Shown piece after piece: positions 1-15,600 of a stretch of DNA of 64,000 bases (its first letter is position 1; each line of letters opens with the position of its first letter). The notes under the pieces were generated by a model, which did no database searches, was not told the DNA's origin, and saw only the letters and a list, made by a program, of their open reading frames with translations. A program made the translations under genes and the position numbers. This DNA comes from Antedon mediterranea (lineage: Eukaryota > Animalia > Echinodermata), in assembly GCF_964355755.1 (NCBI RefSeq), contig NC_092675.1, positions 16,278,912-16,342,911 on the forward strand, written 5' to 3'.

Positions 1-249
1 ATTTTTAGTTTGACTATGTATCTGAAATATACTTTTGTGAAAAGATTGGTTTCAGATCTAGGTCATAGATATAATTGTGCTAAGCGGAGGTGGTTGGATA
101 GGAACACCCACAAATCTTTCAAGAAACCGAGTACCTGAAAGTAAATGTGTATTTTTTCTGGTCCTCAAGCATAACTGGAAACTGGGGAAATTCAAATTAG
201 GTCCTCCACGGACCCACCGCATCCAGCAGTGCAGCGCCCACCAGATTAT

Positions 250-520
250 CACACCGTGAGACGATTCCCTACTCGTTTTTCTTTATAGTGTACCAAGTAA
301 ACAGAACCAACGCCTTTACATCCCATCAGAAGGACAAGGCAATCAGAGTAAAGCATCTTGCCTAAAGATGCAATCAGTATAGTACAGATAGGCTTTAACC
401 CATGCCTATCACATGCTTGTCCAATATTATCATTAAACCATTACTCTCCGGTATTTACAGAACCCAACGAGATGGTCTTCCGTCCAGAAACGCAACCAGG
501 CCCAAAATTACTTAACTTTT
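250..520 (-). mobile_element. 5S rRNA-headed SINE (SINE3-like) with a Deu/Nin-like central domain, copy 1
   Basis: 456-520 resembles the reverse complement of the 5S rRNA internal control region. 350-520 is homologous to 5436-5607. The minus strand of 250-350 reads GTCCTTCTGATGGGATGTAAAGGCGTTGGTTC...GAGTAGGG, similar to the Deu domain as I recall it. Confidence 0.6.
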
Positions 521-632
521 TAATGTTGTTCCCAACCAACTTTAACATTTCAACACCCATCTTTGTTAGATTCAAATCCTCATACAAAACTTGTTAAGAC
601 TTCACAAAATCACAATCACTTTGACTTGATAG

Positions 633-3600
633 GTACTTAATGCTTGTCTGATGCCGGCCAATCATGAAGATAATGGTATCCAATCAACAAGAAGATTCCG
701 TGAAGCTTTTCTCAATGCTGGTGGATTGAGTTTAATTGTGAACATACTGCAGAAGGATGCTATTCCATCTGATGCTGATGAGGAGACAAGAAGAGGATGC
801 TATTCTATCTGTATTCAACTTGCAAGGTAAGTATTTCTCCCATTTTGTTTATATTATCTTATTGTTTTGTTTAAATCCAAAGGCAAATTACTGCAAAAAT
901 GACAATGCTCTGGGTATCAGTGGCTGGATCTCAATGGAAGTACAAAATAAAATAAGCAAAAAGCTAAATCAAAACGATAAAGTAAAACGGCCAGAAAAAT
1001 TAGCAAAGCTTGCAGGCAACACTAGCCCTTCATCATTGTTTTGTTTGATATATTTAGGCAAATTACCAAGGATAAGCAAATTCATTCACTATCTTGGCAA
1101 TCCTGGTCACATGAAATATATATCCTTTCATTTGGATTCCTTTATGGAAAAAAAAAAGTGTTTTTAATATGCTGAGTATAAGTAACAATATTCCTTGTGT
1201 TTGTAAATTGCATAAGATTTACACATATATGTGATATTATTAAGTACAGTTCTTATGTCATGTTTGTTGTTTTTGTATACTATTTGGATATAACTTATAA
1301 AAAGAAATTTTAAGATGTATTGTCCCCCTGAAAAAATAATTTTTAACATTTTTTTGTTGAATTAACGCCATTTTAATGTCTCATAATAGTTATCCACTTT
1401 GAACAAAAATTGAATTGGAAAAAAATGTATTTACTTGAAAAACTGTAATTTAAAGCAAAAAATAGTCATATTGACTGCCAGCCAATGGGTTTTTAGTTGA
1501 ATTTGACGATTTATTTTATCATTTTAAATGAGAAAACTTTATTTTTTCATTTTTTTTTACCAAAGAGATTAACTTTATTAAAACTACAAAATAACCTATT
1601 CAAAGTTTGATTTAATTAATCTTCATTTGTCATGTTTTTGTGGGACAATACATCTTGAATACACTATTATTGTTACAAACTTTTGATTTTAGGTTTGTCT
1701 TATGTGGTCAAACGACGACAGCCTTAATAGAGAATGACCTTTCGATATTATCGTCCAGTCAGCAAGAGGCAACGCTGGATAGCTCTTGTTTCTCCAGCTC
1801 AAATATTAGCTCCTCATCCCCTCGGAAGTCAGGACTTTGGAATCGGATGAACAGTTTTGGAAGTGCTGGGGGTGACTTCACTGGCAAAGACGGTACTGAG
1901 GTTGCAATTTCAGTCATTCAGGTGATACTAATATATTATAATAATAATTTATTTGAATATACACTTTTGTAAAAGTGGCACACTTTGATATGAAGGTGCG
2001 TTCTACAAGCAAAATTTACTAAAAATCACATTACAAATGTTAATTTTTTATTGCTAACAATAATAAAAATGACAACTGAACAGTACCTGGATATGTACAA
2101 ACCAACCCCAAATCTAATTACTTTTTTATGTTCTTCCATTATAACAAATGGAAGCAAGCTATTGAGCTGGCCATCCATCTCCGAGTTATATGAATGTTTA
2201 TGTTTTGCATCAAATGAATCAAATCAACATTCATAATGCTATTTCTACCAACTAAACAAACATGATACAATTTATCTTAGATTAATCAGCTAGCCTCTTG
2301 TGTTACAGACTATGAGTTCAGCAGAGTATACTTCTATGATTTCACAATTTATGCGAGTGTCTTGGGCAGCGGCTGCTGGGAGGCTATACTTAGCAAGCTC
2401 CAATCAATCTAACCATGGTCTTTCCTACAGCATTGGCAGAAGAAGTCGCCAAAGTAGCACAGGTAAAATAAATTGTTTCTTAATCAAAAGTATTTCAGCA
2501 GGGTTTATTACAGTTTAATTTGACCATGTTGTTCTGTTTCTTGCTCTTTCATTCATATTATTATTATTTCATATTTAAGACATTTATTTTTTTCGATGCA
2601 TATAAGTACAGATGCAATAAACATTGAAAGGGAATATAACTAGATATATTGTTCCTAGAAAAAAAAATACAAGACCAAACAAAAAAGATTGTTCGTAACA
2701 TTATTCGTAAAGAGAGATGTGCACTAATATAATGACAGATAATATTTTTTTATTTAAAGAATTAAAGATGTATTGTCCCCCAAAAACATAAAAAATGAAG
2801 ATTAATTAAATCAGACTTTGAATGGGTTATTTTGTTGTAAATAAAGTTAATCACTTCGGTAGAAAAAAGCAAAAACAAAAATGTTTTCACTTATGAAATG
2901 ACAAAATAATTGGTTAAATTAAACCAAAAACCCAATTTCATTGGCTGCATTAAATTACAGTTTTTCACGTAAATAAATTGTTTTCGATACAATTTTTGAT
3001 CAAAGTTGATAACTATTATGTGACATTAAAATAAAATATTCAACAACAAATTTCTTAATAATTATTTTTTTCAGGGGGCATCTAGCCATGCTTTTGTGTG
3101 TTGTGTTGATTTATGTTTGAATTATTGATTTGTTTAGGAAGTGCGACTAGCTCCTCCAGTGAAAGTGATGTGCAGCATCTGCAGTCTGGTGTCTGCTTGT
3201 TGAAGTCAAAGGTGTCTGCTGGTGATGCAATGATTGCCCGTGACGCTCTTGAACTCCTTGTCGCTTGCCTTCAACTTCGTAGTCAACTTCTCAGTAAGTA
3301 CCTTTACCTTTTTTTTCAATATATTCATTATTTTATTTTGTTTGTTGATTATAAATTCTACTTATTTTAATTTTATTTTTAATTGTTGTCAACTGATTAT
3401 ATGTTCTTATTATTGTCCTGTCAAATGTTATTATACTGATGGTCCCCTAAGCTTGGTTCCCACTAGAACGTAACGCAAGGACGTAAACGCAACGCAAACG
3501 TTTTAACCAATGACAAGCGAAGTTATAGAAGTTAGCAATCACAAGCGAATAAGCCATCGCTTGTGATTGGTCAATTCACTTGCGTTGCGTTACGTCCTTG

Positions 3601-6600
3601 TGTTGCGTCGCTAGTGGGAACCACGCTTAATGATCAACTTCAGCTTGATGGACCACCCTCATAAAATATTGTTGAAATAAATGAATAAACGCATCATAAG
3701 TAATTTATCAAAATGTTTATATATCTTTTTTGGAGGTTCACACTTACAGCCTTTTGCTTAATGTGTCTTCATAATATGTTTTACTGTTCTTTGATTAAAT
3801 ACCTGCCTTAAAAAAATAGTAGTACTTGTAACTGGTATTTGTTGGTTTGAGTTTGAAGTTTAATTTTGATACCATTTCAAAATGATTCTACTGCAGTTAC
3901 TGCAGTAAATATATTTTATTTACTTTTTAACCTGTATATGAGGAATATTTAGGAATTTAATCAGTATTTTTATCCATATATTTTTAAAAAATTAAAAAAA
4001 ATATAATATTATGTACCACACAGTGATATATTTCCTCAGCTAGAAAGTAACTCATATGTTTTCATTAATAACTCTTCATAGAATAAACCAATTTTAATAA
4101 ACAACGCCTCATTTTAAAGCTTATTAAAATATAGATTATGAATATATCAAAATCTAAAAAAATAATTATTTCCGAAACTGCCCCATTTTGTGATGCCATG
4201 CCTCATATGCAATTATAAAGCAAGCGTTTTATGGGTAATCATACATACTATTATTTAATTATGCGTCATCAATTTCTAGATTGAAAAAAACTAAAATATA
4301 TTATTGCAGTTTTTAAAAAATGTAGTTTAACTGCAGTAGAATAATGTCAACATTTTTTAATACATATTTTGTTGTATTTTTTACCTATATTTATATTATT
4401 GTATTGACTGTTTTATGGTTGTTTAGTTGTTAGGTCATCAACCACGTACAAGCTTTTAGCTTTTTGTTGATGAAGCTTTTAATCTTTTAATGTATTTTAT
4501 TCTATATTTTTAATATTTTCTCTTTGGATGAATAGATTAATAAAATGAAATGAAAAATTCTATTTTAATATTTTCAAACAAGCTTCTTTTTGTTATCTAG
4601 ATTCTTTCTACAGTCTTCCATCTGTCAATGACTTCATCATTGAAATCTTGTTAGCGTCTGCTCATCCAGATGTACGGACGGCAGCTATGGAACAGCTGTA
4701 TGCGTTAGCTACCACACGTATCCAGGATAGCCCACATCTACTCCAGCCTAAGCTCTTCCTAATCCAAGTGTTCATCAAGGCACACGTTCCCCTGTGGCTC
4801 ACCAGTACATATACCAGATCTTCAAATTTAAGGTAGGCATAGGCCTTGACTCTAAATTATAGACTACTAAACTAAAGACTTTACATATTGAGTGAATTAC
4901 TGATACTATTAGGTTTTCTGTCTATTTTCTATCTCAGATTGCTAAGTCAATGCAAACAATATTTTAATCTACGATGTCTATTGTTTGAAAGATTAACAGG
5001 TATGTAAATATCCTCACAAGAGACTTGGTTAAACTCCCAGCACCATATAACAAAATTAAAATATTGGGAAAAAAAAAATTAATTAATTTGGTCAGACTAT
5101 ATTATTGTATAAGAGTTTTCTATTTGCTAAGACCTACATGTAATGTACATTGTGTCTTGTTCAGCGTTTGGACCTAGAATCTTCCAAAATTGTTTTTAGA
5201 AAGCACACCCCATATACATATACATATGAATTAATATAAAGTTCTTAGGTCGTAAAGGCCAATTTACACTGACGAGCAGGCAGTAAGGTAATAAAATTAT
5301 AGAATCTGTTATTCCTTATGACCCTTTACCATTTAGCGTACAAGCGGTTTCCGCTTTGGATACTGTAGATACACATTCTGCATGGGACAAGTTATGTGGT
5401 TTTTCTACATACCGTTACCGTGTAAATTGGCCTTTAAGCATCTTGCCTAAGGATACAGTTAGTATGGTACAGATAGGCTCTAACCCATGCCTATCACATG
5501 CTAGCCCGATATTATCATTACACCATCATTCTCTGATATATACAGCACCCGTTGCAATTCCAGAACTCCCATCCAGAATGCAACCAGGCCCAATATTGCT
5601 TAACTTTGGTTACGATTGAATTTCAGTGGAAGAACAAACTATCCTAGGTGTGAATCCAAGGTCAATGTTGGAGGATGAGATTGAATGGCTTAGTAACTTT
5701 GAATCTGGTGCTTGTGAGGAGAGTGCTGTAGAGGTTGAAAATCAAATCATCACAGGTCATCTACTCCTAATGAAGAATCTTCTTACTTGTGAGGACATCG
5801 ACAAAAAACAAATTGGTAAATATACAAAAAATATCCATGGCAACATGATATAAAGAATAATAAAACAACATTTTAATAAAATATTGTAAATGTACTAACG
5901 TCACAAACTTATCATGATTTAGTCACAAGATTTAGTAGAGATCAGCCAACATACAGTCTTGAAAAAATACATAAAAAAAAACAAAACATAAACATATATG
6001 TGCCCAGTTTTGTTTAAGCCTTGTGTTACACTAAATTATGTTTGTTTTAGCAAGTATATCAGCAAAATGATTACAATGCATACCTAGATACAGATAGTTG
6101 TATGACATTGCCTCTTTCTGCAGATGGGAATTAAATGGTCCCATGCACATACATTGCACATGTGCAAAATTAAGAACTATTTGAAAATAGTAGATGTATT
6201 GACAAGAGCTGGAGTGTGCAGGAAACTACTGAAGGATATTAGGATTAGACAGATGAAATTCATAGGACATGTGTTGAGGAAGGGAGGTCTGGAGAACTTG
6301 GCATTAACTGGGAAAATAGAAGGACGAAGGAGTAGGGGGAGAAAAAGAGTCACTTGGTTGGCCAGCATAGCTGAATGGATTCGGAATAGAGGCGAAAATA
6401 CCAAAGAAGTGGAGTTGCTGAACATGGCAATAGACAGAGAATTGTGGCACAACATGATCGCCAAAGTCTCATGATATGGCACTGAGAGAGAGAGAGAGAG
6501 AGAGAGAGATGTGCTACTATACAAGTACCAGTCTTGTACTGAAGAGGTCACCAAGTATAAAGATGAAATACTGCAAATCAAAATAATATCCTACCCTGAA

Positions 6601-9600
6601 TATAGGGTCATCCTATATAAAATGTGTTATTTTCATTGTAGGTAAACAGCTAATTGGCAGTATGTTAAATGAGTATTTGTTCCCAGCTTCACGGATTATA
6701 CTCGCCAATGCCAACAACTCCAGGGTCACATCAAACCTAAACCTCAACCCAAAGTAAGTATTGACTTCAATTTACCAAATCATTATCTATTTCTTGTATT
6801 TTTGCAATATGTATATCCCCCAAAAACATGAAAAAAACTTATAAAAAGACAAAAGAAACTGTTAAATTCTACCAAAAACCCATTAACTCAAAGTCAATTT
6901 GACTATGTTATGCTTTAAATTTTTAAAGTTTTTTTTTTTTCAGAAACATTTTTTTTTTTTTCGATCCAACTTTTGGTCAAAGTGAATAACTATTATGTGA
7001 CATTAAAATGGCATATTCAACAATAAAAATGTTAAAAAATTACTTTTTCAGAGGTACAATATATCCTTAAGATATGATATATAATAGTATATTGTTGGCT
7101 TTTTAAGTGTGATTTTTGTGGTGTGATGTCATTAACTGTATTGTTATTTGTTATTTTAGGTTAGCATGTAACACAGCCAAGTCAGCTGCTTATGATCTCC
7201 TTGTAACATTATGTGATAATTGTTCAGATAACCTTAGTCAAGTAGCTCAGCATTTATCATTAATGCATCACCAGCCTTCAGCATCTGTACAAATGCAATG
7301 GGATGTAAGTTTCAACTTTTTAATAATAATAATAATAATAATAATAATATTGCTGAGCATTTATAAAACGCTCTTAAACTGCTACATCACAGTGCTATAA
7401 AGAGTAAAAATCAAGTGAATTTTGAGAGGCTTAACACTGTTAAGATAAGATGTATGTTAATGTCATGTTTACATGTGATATACATGAAATGAGTTGTTTA
7501 CATTGTTTACATTGCATACAGTATGAAAAACACTAAGATTCAACAACAATGGCTCTAGGTGTCTATGCAAACATATCACTCGGTGACCATTCATATCTTT
7601 TGTCAGTGGGAAAGTCGTTGGCTTATGATAGATCAAATCAAGTTAGCACAGACACTATGTTGCTGTTGTACACACTACTATTACACACTATTCCTACTCT
7701 TGAATGTAACATTTGAATCTTTAGAACTTGCTTTTTTTTTAGTTATCCCCACCGGTTGATGGCAGGTCACCTAGTAAATATGTTGGGTTGAAAAACGGCG
7801 GTGCTACTTGTTACATGAATTCTGTAATTCAGCAGCTGTATATGATTCCAGGAATACGAGAGGTAAAGTATTTCTATATTTCCTGTAACATATATTGATT
7901 GATGTTACAATTAATTATTAAACAGTATACTAAAGTAAAATGCTTAAAGATAATACTTAAGAAAACATTAAAACCTAAGACGGAAAAAGTACACAGCAAG
8001 AAAACTACATAATAATAAACATAACAAGTATGTATTGCTAACTTTACCTCTTAACAAGTTTCCAAATAAGATATATATTATGAACCCAACATAATACAAA
8101 TTCGTTTCAGAGTGACATTTAGTTCTTTTCGTATTGCAACATCATTACATTCATTTATTTTCAGGAAATTCTTGGTTGCCATGACAATGATGATGATGAC
8201 GACACAGTATTCTATCAACTACAGATGATCTTTGGTCATCTGATGGAGAGTAAATTACAGTTTTACGAACCAGAACGGTTTTGGCGGGTATTCAAATTGT
8301 GGGGTGAGCCGGTCAATATTAGGGAACAACAGGATGCGTTTGAATTTTTCACTGATTTAACAGATCAAATTGATGAATTTCTAAAGGTTAGTTTTATTTA
8401 CCTGATGTTAGTGTTTTTTTTGGGGTGGGGGTTGGAGGTTGGAGAGAATTAGAAGATAATGAATGGACAAAAGTTTTTAGTAAGAACCAAAAACCAAATC
8501 TTTTATTTCGTTTTTTATTTTTCACTCTTCAAATGAATTTAAATAAGTCTTGACCCCGGTTATTTATTTGAATTTTAGGCTAACGGCAAAAAACAAATCT
8601 TTAAAAGCAAGTTCCAAGGAGTCTTCACAGACCAAAAGATATGTCAAGACTGCCCTCACAGGTGAGCTAATAATATCTTGTAGCTGTTTACAATGAATGA
8701 AGAATCAATAAAACATGAATTAATAAGAATAAAGAAGAATCGCATATGAACTATTTCTTACTGAACCACAAACTGGAATGTTGTTTTAGGTACGAGCGTG
8801 AGGAAGAGTTCTTTGCTTTGAACCTCACCGTGAAAAGTCAAAATCTAGACGCTTCTTTGGAGCAGTTTGTGCGTGGTGAAATGTTGGAAGGAGATAATGC
8901 ATATCTTTGTGAAAAGTGCAATGAAAAGGTAAACAAATATATAGATATTACAACACGCCACCTACTGCTACTCTTATTCAATTTATCCATAATAAATCAT
9001 TGACGAATACTAGGACATTTAAAAAGGCAGTGCTCCAACTTTGAACGTGAAGTAGAACAGTTATAGACGGCGTGCATGACAAGTTGATTTTTTACCACAA
9101 TCGGTCAACTCTGTGTGGCAAACATTTTTTAAATGTTTATAGAAAGCTGAACGTGCATTAGAGTGCGTTAGTTATCACCACTAGATATCACTTTACGTTA
9201 AGGCTAATTCCAAATGGCTAATTAACCAATGAAATTGAAGAATACAATATAAAAAATGATAATTAACTATTCTGGATCAAAATCTATACACTCTAAAGAA
9301 GAAAAATATATATAACAACCTTTTCCCACTTGCAATTTTTAATTAAGTTAATCATGAAAGTGCTTGGAAATAAACATTGACAAAATATTGATGCATTGTT
9401 TATTTTAGCGCAATACAATTAAGAGAACATGCATCAAGACGTTGCCACCTGTGTTGCTAATTCATCTTAAGAGATTTGGCTACGATTGGGAAGCTGGAAG
9501 AGCTCTCAAATTTGATGATCATTTTAAGGTAGATTTATGTTTGAATTGTTTATTCCAATTAAAATCACTAATAAACACGAAATATACAAATGTTCATTTA

Positions 9601-12600
9601 TAAATAAATATACATGCATTTATCTAAGCAAATATGATTGTAAAAACCATATTCTTATGTGAAATTATAAACTATTTTTACCCTATATGTCAATCCATTC
9701 TTCAAGGCTAAGAACATTTTCTGCAGGCGAATTATTTCTATCGCTGTATGCATTGGCCTACTTTCACATCGCATGGTCAAATTTCCCTCTAAAATTCCTC
9801 GCACATCAATTAGTGGGTTTTATGTACTTACTATGCAATCATGATGACAACAAATTTAAAAAATTAAACTGTTTTTAAATGATATTTATGAAATATTTTC
9901 AAAATTGCATGGTTTCCATATTTCGCAAGCAAATTTACCCCTTGAAATATCTGTATATCTTACCCTATGTCTGAGTGTCGACTTTTCTCCACATGGGTGG
10001 CTAGGTGTTGCTTACCGTTGTCAACTTTTCAATTGGGAAGATTACTTGAAATGCATTTAGGGTATATATAGTATGCATTTTATATTATACAGTAATGATA
10101 GACATTGATATTTATTTTTTCGTCTAAAAAGTCTGTTTTTATTTGTTTACAGTTTCCATGGGTACTTGATATGGAGCCATACACATCAGAGGGTATGAGT
10201 CGACGAGAAAGCAGTACTGAACAGCACGATGGTGGGGGAACTCCAACAGAAAACTTAAAAACAAAATGCACACAGACTAAACTGGATGAACTCTACCAAT
10301 TGGTTGGCGTTCTGGTCCACAGTGGTCAAGCAAATGCTGGTCATTATTACTCATTTATACGAGATAGATGGTGTGTTGATGTTATTATTACTAAATTTGA
10401 TTATACATAACAGTATGGCCACACTTTCATGTGAAATAAATGAGGGGCAATATATGACAAAAATAGTGTGATGTGCAAATATGATAGTGACATACCCAAA
10501 TATGGTAGTGGTATGACATAATCATGTCCATATATGGGCACGTCACATTATTTTGTCACATTAAGTTTGATAGGGTAGACAGAGCTTAAGGGTACATTTT
10601 CTTTAACTCCTGTATATGTCCCCTTAGTAGGGGTTTTACTGTATCTTTCTCTTAACACTTTGACTGCCAGAGGTTTTTCCAGTTAGTAACTGCCACCGCC
10701 AGCGTTTTTAGCCCAATTCGATGTTTTTATTAAAGCTGATTGAAACCATGTATGTGATCTGATTTATATGTAATTTAGACTAAAATAATCATAAAGATTT
10801 TAGCTTTACAGTGGTACCAAGAACGATTTTTAAATCGCAATATGTAAATCGTAATAGTAAAATGAAAGTAACCCACTTTTTTAGTTTTTCGTAGTTTCGC
10901 GCAAGAAAGTCGAGATATTCACGATTTTGTGCAAGACATCACAATATGAAAATATCGCCCGGTGAGATCAACAAACAACGAAAAAGTTACTTACACAGCA
11001 CCGATAGGCCTATAAAAACAAGTTATCACTATCGAAAAATGTATTACATTTTATAAATCATAAATCTTACATCAATGTTTCGCCAAAATCCACATAGTAA
11101 AGACACCAGGCCTAGTTAACCAGGCCTAAAGTTGGTCCGGAACCGTTTTACGACTAGGCATAGGCTAGCCTAGTACTACTAGCCTAGATAGTAAACTGAT
11201 GATAATATCCATACCATTTCAAAACAAGTTTGTTGCGTGAAACTCGGTCACTTTCAGTAAAACACCAAAACAATTAGGGTATACATACAATAATAAAATT
11301 AAAGACTTCATATTGAAAATGACTCCATTATTTTTATTCAGATAACAAACAAACATGTCAATCCACAAAAACCTTTGTAATGCTTCGGCGGCATAGCTAG
11401 CGCGCGACCGATACACAATGCGCCAAGCCATCGCTCTACGCGCTACTGTGATGCGCGGTGTTTCTTATTTCAACAGGTACCATTTTGACAGTCGTTTGTA
11501 ACCAGATTAGTTACTTTCAAATTGTAAAATATTGACGGTCCAGACCGAATATAGTGTTCATATTTATAGTATATACCAATAATTAACCTATCTACCGGAT
11601 TTCGTAAAAAAACGCGAAACACGAAGATCTTCGTGTTTGGCAGTCAAGCGTTGTGTTTCCAAAAACGAAGGTCTTCGTGTTTGGCAGTCAAAGTGTTAAC
11701 ATATCAAAATAAGACATTATTAATTTTAAGTATGATATTTGGAAATGTTGATTTTGGTGATGAGGATAAATTGTTGTTGTAGGTGTTGTGTATCTTGTAA
11801 TGTTTTTTTTTTATATTTTGACAGGGGAACATCCATGAACAATACAAGCAAAGGCAAATGGTTTAAATTCAACGATACAGTTGTAGAAGAATTTGAAATG
11901 ACAGATAACACAATTGAGGCTGAGTGCTTTGGTGGTACATATAAACCTAAATTCTATGATCATGGTATGTGTGTATTCTAATATGATAATAATCATTCAC
12001 ATGGTTACAGTTTAAACTATAGGCAGTGATATAACGGCTATGAGCACTCACTGGCTAAACCTAGGGACCCCTAAACTTAAGGGGTCCAGAATATGAGCAG
12101 CCCAATGAAACAACCCAGTGTTGGAGGGCCCTCTAAGAGTGCTAAAGCCTTTGCCTCCTTAATGAGGAGTGGGAGTTGATATTTTGCAAGCAGTTTAATG
12201 AGCTTGTCAGTCTAATAACCTTTTATCAAACTTAGGCTAATGGTTTTCTCATAGCAATAGTTGTACTTACTATCAAGGGAACCCTTTCCCCATGAACTAA
12301 TGAGGGGCAATGTATGTTAACACTATGGCCAACCCCTATGTGGTTTGCTTGTTACAGGAACATCATATTCAGATACAAGATTACGCTATTGGAGTGGATA
12401 TATGCTGTTCTACGAGAAGATAGAAGGGACTAAAACACCAGAGGCTACACTACCACGTGCGACAGTACCAAGAGCTGCGCTACTTAAACATGACAGTGAG
12501 GGCGACATTCAAGTGTACGTTAATTTTTAAGGATTATATATTTTTCTTTCTATAAAAATATTTGCACCCCACATTTTAACAAAAACATAATGAAATAATG

Positions 12601-15600
12601 AAACATAATAAGGAAAAGAAAATGTAAAGTCTGATTTTGAATTTTATTTTGAAAGGGTAATTTTTTAACTCCTTTAAGATAACAAGATATATAAACTATA
12701 CTTACTTCTTAATACCTGAAATAAATGCAAGAAATCATTAACTTGCACAAGCCTCATCATTCAGGCCTTACATCATACGTGGACAATATACACCTTTCTG
12801 TCCCTGTCAAATAAGCTCTGTCTACACTATCAAACTAGATTGACAAAAAAGTGTGATGTGCCCAAATATAGTAGTGATATGCCCAAATATAGTAGTGATA
12901 TGCCCAAATATAGTAGTGATATATATAATATAAAATAAAATATGGGAGCATCTCATTTTTTGTCACATAATGTTTGATATTGTGAACAGAGCTTAAGACT
13001 GTTTTTGGTGACAGTGTGTTTTCTATTCATGGTCCTATATGAAATAGCATCCCATTGGCAGTTTGCCAGGACAAAGTGTTTGCAATTTGGAAAGGAGCTT
13101 TAAAAATAACAAATAATAAGTAACTAACTATTATACATAAAATATATTTTACTTTACATCTTCCAGTGTGAATTCATCTCCAGAGCTGTCTCCAATGCAT
13201 AGTTCGGATGAACTGAATGAGCTTTCAGCCCTTGTACAAAAGGGTGAAAAACGTGGGATCTTTGTAGAGAAGATGTCACCAACGATACAGCGGTTTATAT
13301 TAGATGACAACCTTCAGTACATGCGCAATAGAGACATATTCAATGCCGACTATTTTAACTTTATTCGCTCACTTGTTTCTTGCAACAGTGTAAGTTGTGC
13401 ATATATTTTATGGCTCAATTTTGCAATTTGCATTAAAAGACGTAAAGGTGGTACAGTAGTATCTAGCCAAAAATATGCAAATGTTTGTAAGTCAAATTAA
13501 CTATAGCAAATAAGATGTTCTGTCCTTCTCTAATCCATAATGTAGTCATTAGACAAATTTGAACACATTTGTCCAAGGATTGTTTTACAGTGTGAAATAA
13601 ATAAATAAAATAAATATCCTCACAACAACAAATTTGCTCATTGGACTATGTATATGTCACAATATTATATATATAAATATATACATATGTTCCACTGTAT
13701 ATACCCGCCTAAATGAGACAATGTGAAAATACACTATTCTTTGACTATACTGCGGTGACCTTGACATATTATTGATTAATTGTGTTTTTTTTTCTCTAAA
13801 GAGTCATATATACCTGAAAGATTACAGTACGATGGCTGAGACAAGTATAGAGTTGATCACTAACTTTCTGCTCAACACTTATTTCAAGACCAAAAAGTCT
13901 TTCAGGTTAGTAGATATACAGTTATTCCCATATCTCTTGGCTAAGGACACGAACAATACAACAAGTGTTAGTCTCAAATTTAGTTTTATGTTTTTAGGCA
14001 CACGTGGCCAAGGATTACCAATTTAATTGTAAATTATTCACTGTCCTATCTGATAGGTGGTAATCCTCCTGATACAGGGGCTATTTTGTGAACCAGTTCT
14101 CTAAAGATTATTAAGCAGAAGACAGAATTTGATTGATTGCATTTTCTTTACTTTTACAGAAATGATCAAGAAGAATGGGAGCGATGTGTAGAGGTTCTGC
14201 TTCGTAATAGTCCTGACAGCTGTGCTTGGTATGTTAAGCATCTCAACTCAGATGTTGGAAGACCGTATCTTAGGTAGGTGTATTCACAGCTTTAAAGCTT
14301 TCTTTCTCGTACAGACCAATAAATCTTACAAATAACTGAACAACAGACCAACCTATTGAACTATTAAGACATTTAAGAGAGAAATGAAGCTGGGTTGCCC
14401 TCACAGAATTATACAATAGAACTCTCATTAAGATGTCATCTTGAGGACTCAACCAGATGTATATAGGTGTCCCCTGAATAGGGGTTGGCTGTAATGTTAA
14501 TAATACCATAAACTACAGTATATTAGCCTTGTTCATTTCATGTAGAAGTGTTGCCTGTGTAGGGGTATACCCTGAATAAGAGTGCACCTATGATGGATAG
14601 ACATGTCCCAAAGGAGAGGTTCTACCATGATATAATTGAATGTTGGAAATGCATATATACTACAGTATTAATTTATGAAATGATATTTCTAATTTAACAC
14701 AGAATTGTATACATACAACAAGATAATAATTATGACACAAGCTGTATATTGTTTGCATTTTCTATATTTAATTTTAGGCAATATCTATTAGAATGCCCAT
14801 CTTCCGAAGTAAGATTGTCTTTCACAAACATGTTAGAAGCAGCATTGAGGTACTTTATCAAGAATAACTCCAGTAGCATGATGTCATCCATCCCGGAACT
14901 TGATGGTCTAATAGAACATCTTCTAACTCTACTTGATAAAGACATTGCTAGCTACTGTCGCAATAGTTCTCAGTACTTCTGGCTTCTTAGCATGTACTTA
15001 AATGCAGTAAGTTTTCATAATTAATATTTTCTTATTTATATGTAATGTCCCGCCTTGACTATGCTAACTCGCTCTTGCTTGGTGATTACAGCGATTGCAG
15101 AACAAGGCTTTGCATGTGGATGGGATCAGCGCTCGGATGGTTTATTGAAAGATCTCCATTGGCTTCATATAAAAAAAAAAGAATTTTGTACAAAGTTATT
15201 GTTTTGGTTTATAAATGTATTTACTCTGTTGTTCCTTTTGTACATTTTTGATTTAATGAAGTTTAACCGTGACCAGCTTTCATTTAATTACAGGTGCCGA
15301 CTTCCCTCCTCTAATGATCCCACCCGACTTTTCGTTTCACGATCTAATCGGAAAGCTGGTGACAATGCCCTTTCTGTCACCGATCCGCGGATCTGGAACA
15401 CGCTACCTGTCGATTTGAGAGAAGTGATTTCGACACATATTTAGACGTCAACTTAAAACTTTTCTTTTTAATTAATTACTAAGTATTGTTAGGCGCTCTG
15501 TTTTTGTATAGAATAGAATGTATGTTTGCTTGCAAGCACTTTGTAATTTCTTCAGATTGTTGGAGATAATAAAGTTCTTATGTCTTATTCTCCTTTTAAC

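Noticed and set aside
5541-5615. 5S rRNA gene
   Set aside because: Partial, diverged and joined to a repeat body, so treated as SINE-derived rather than a functional rRNA.
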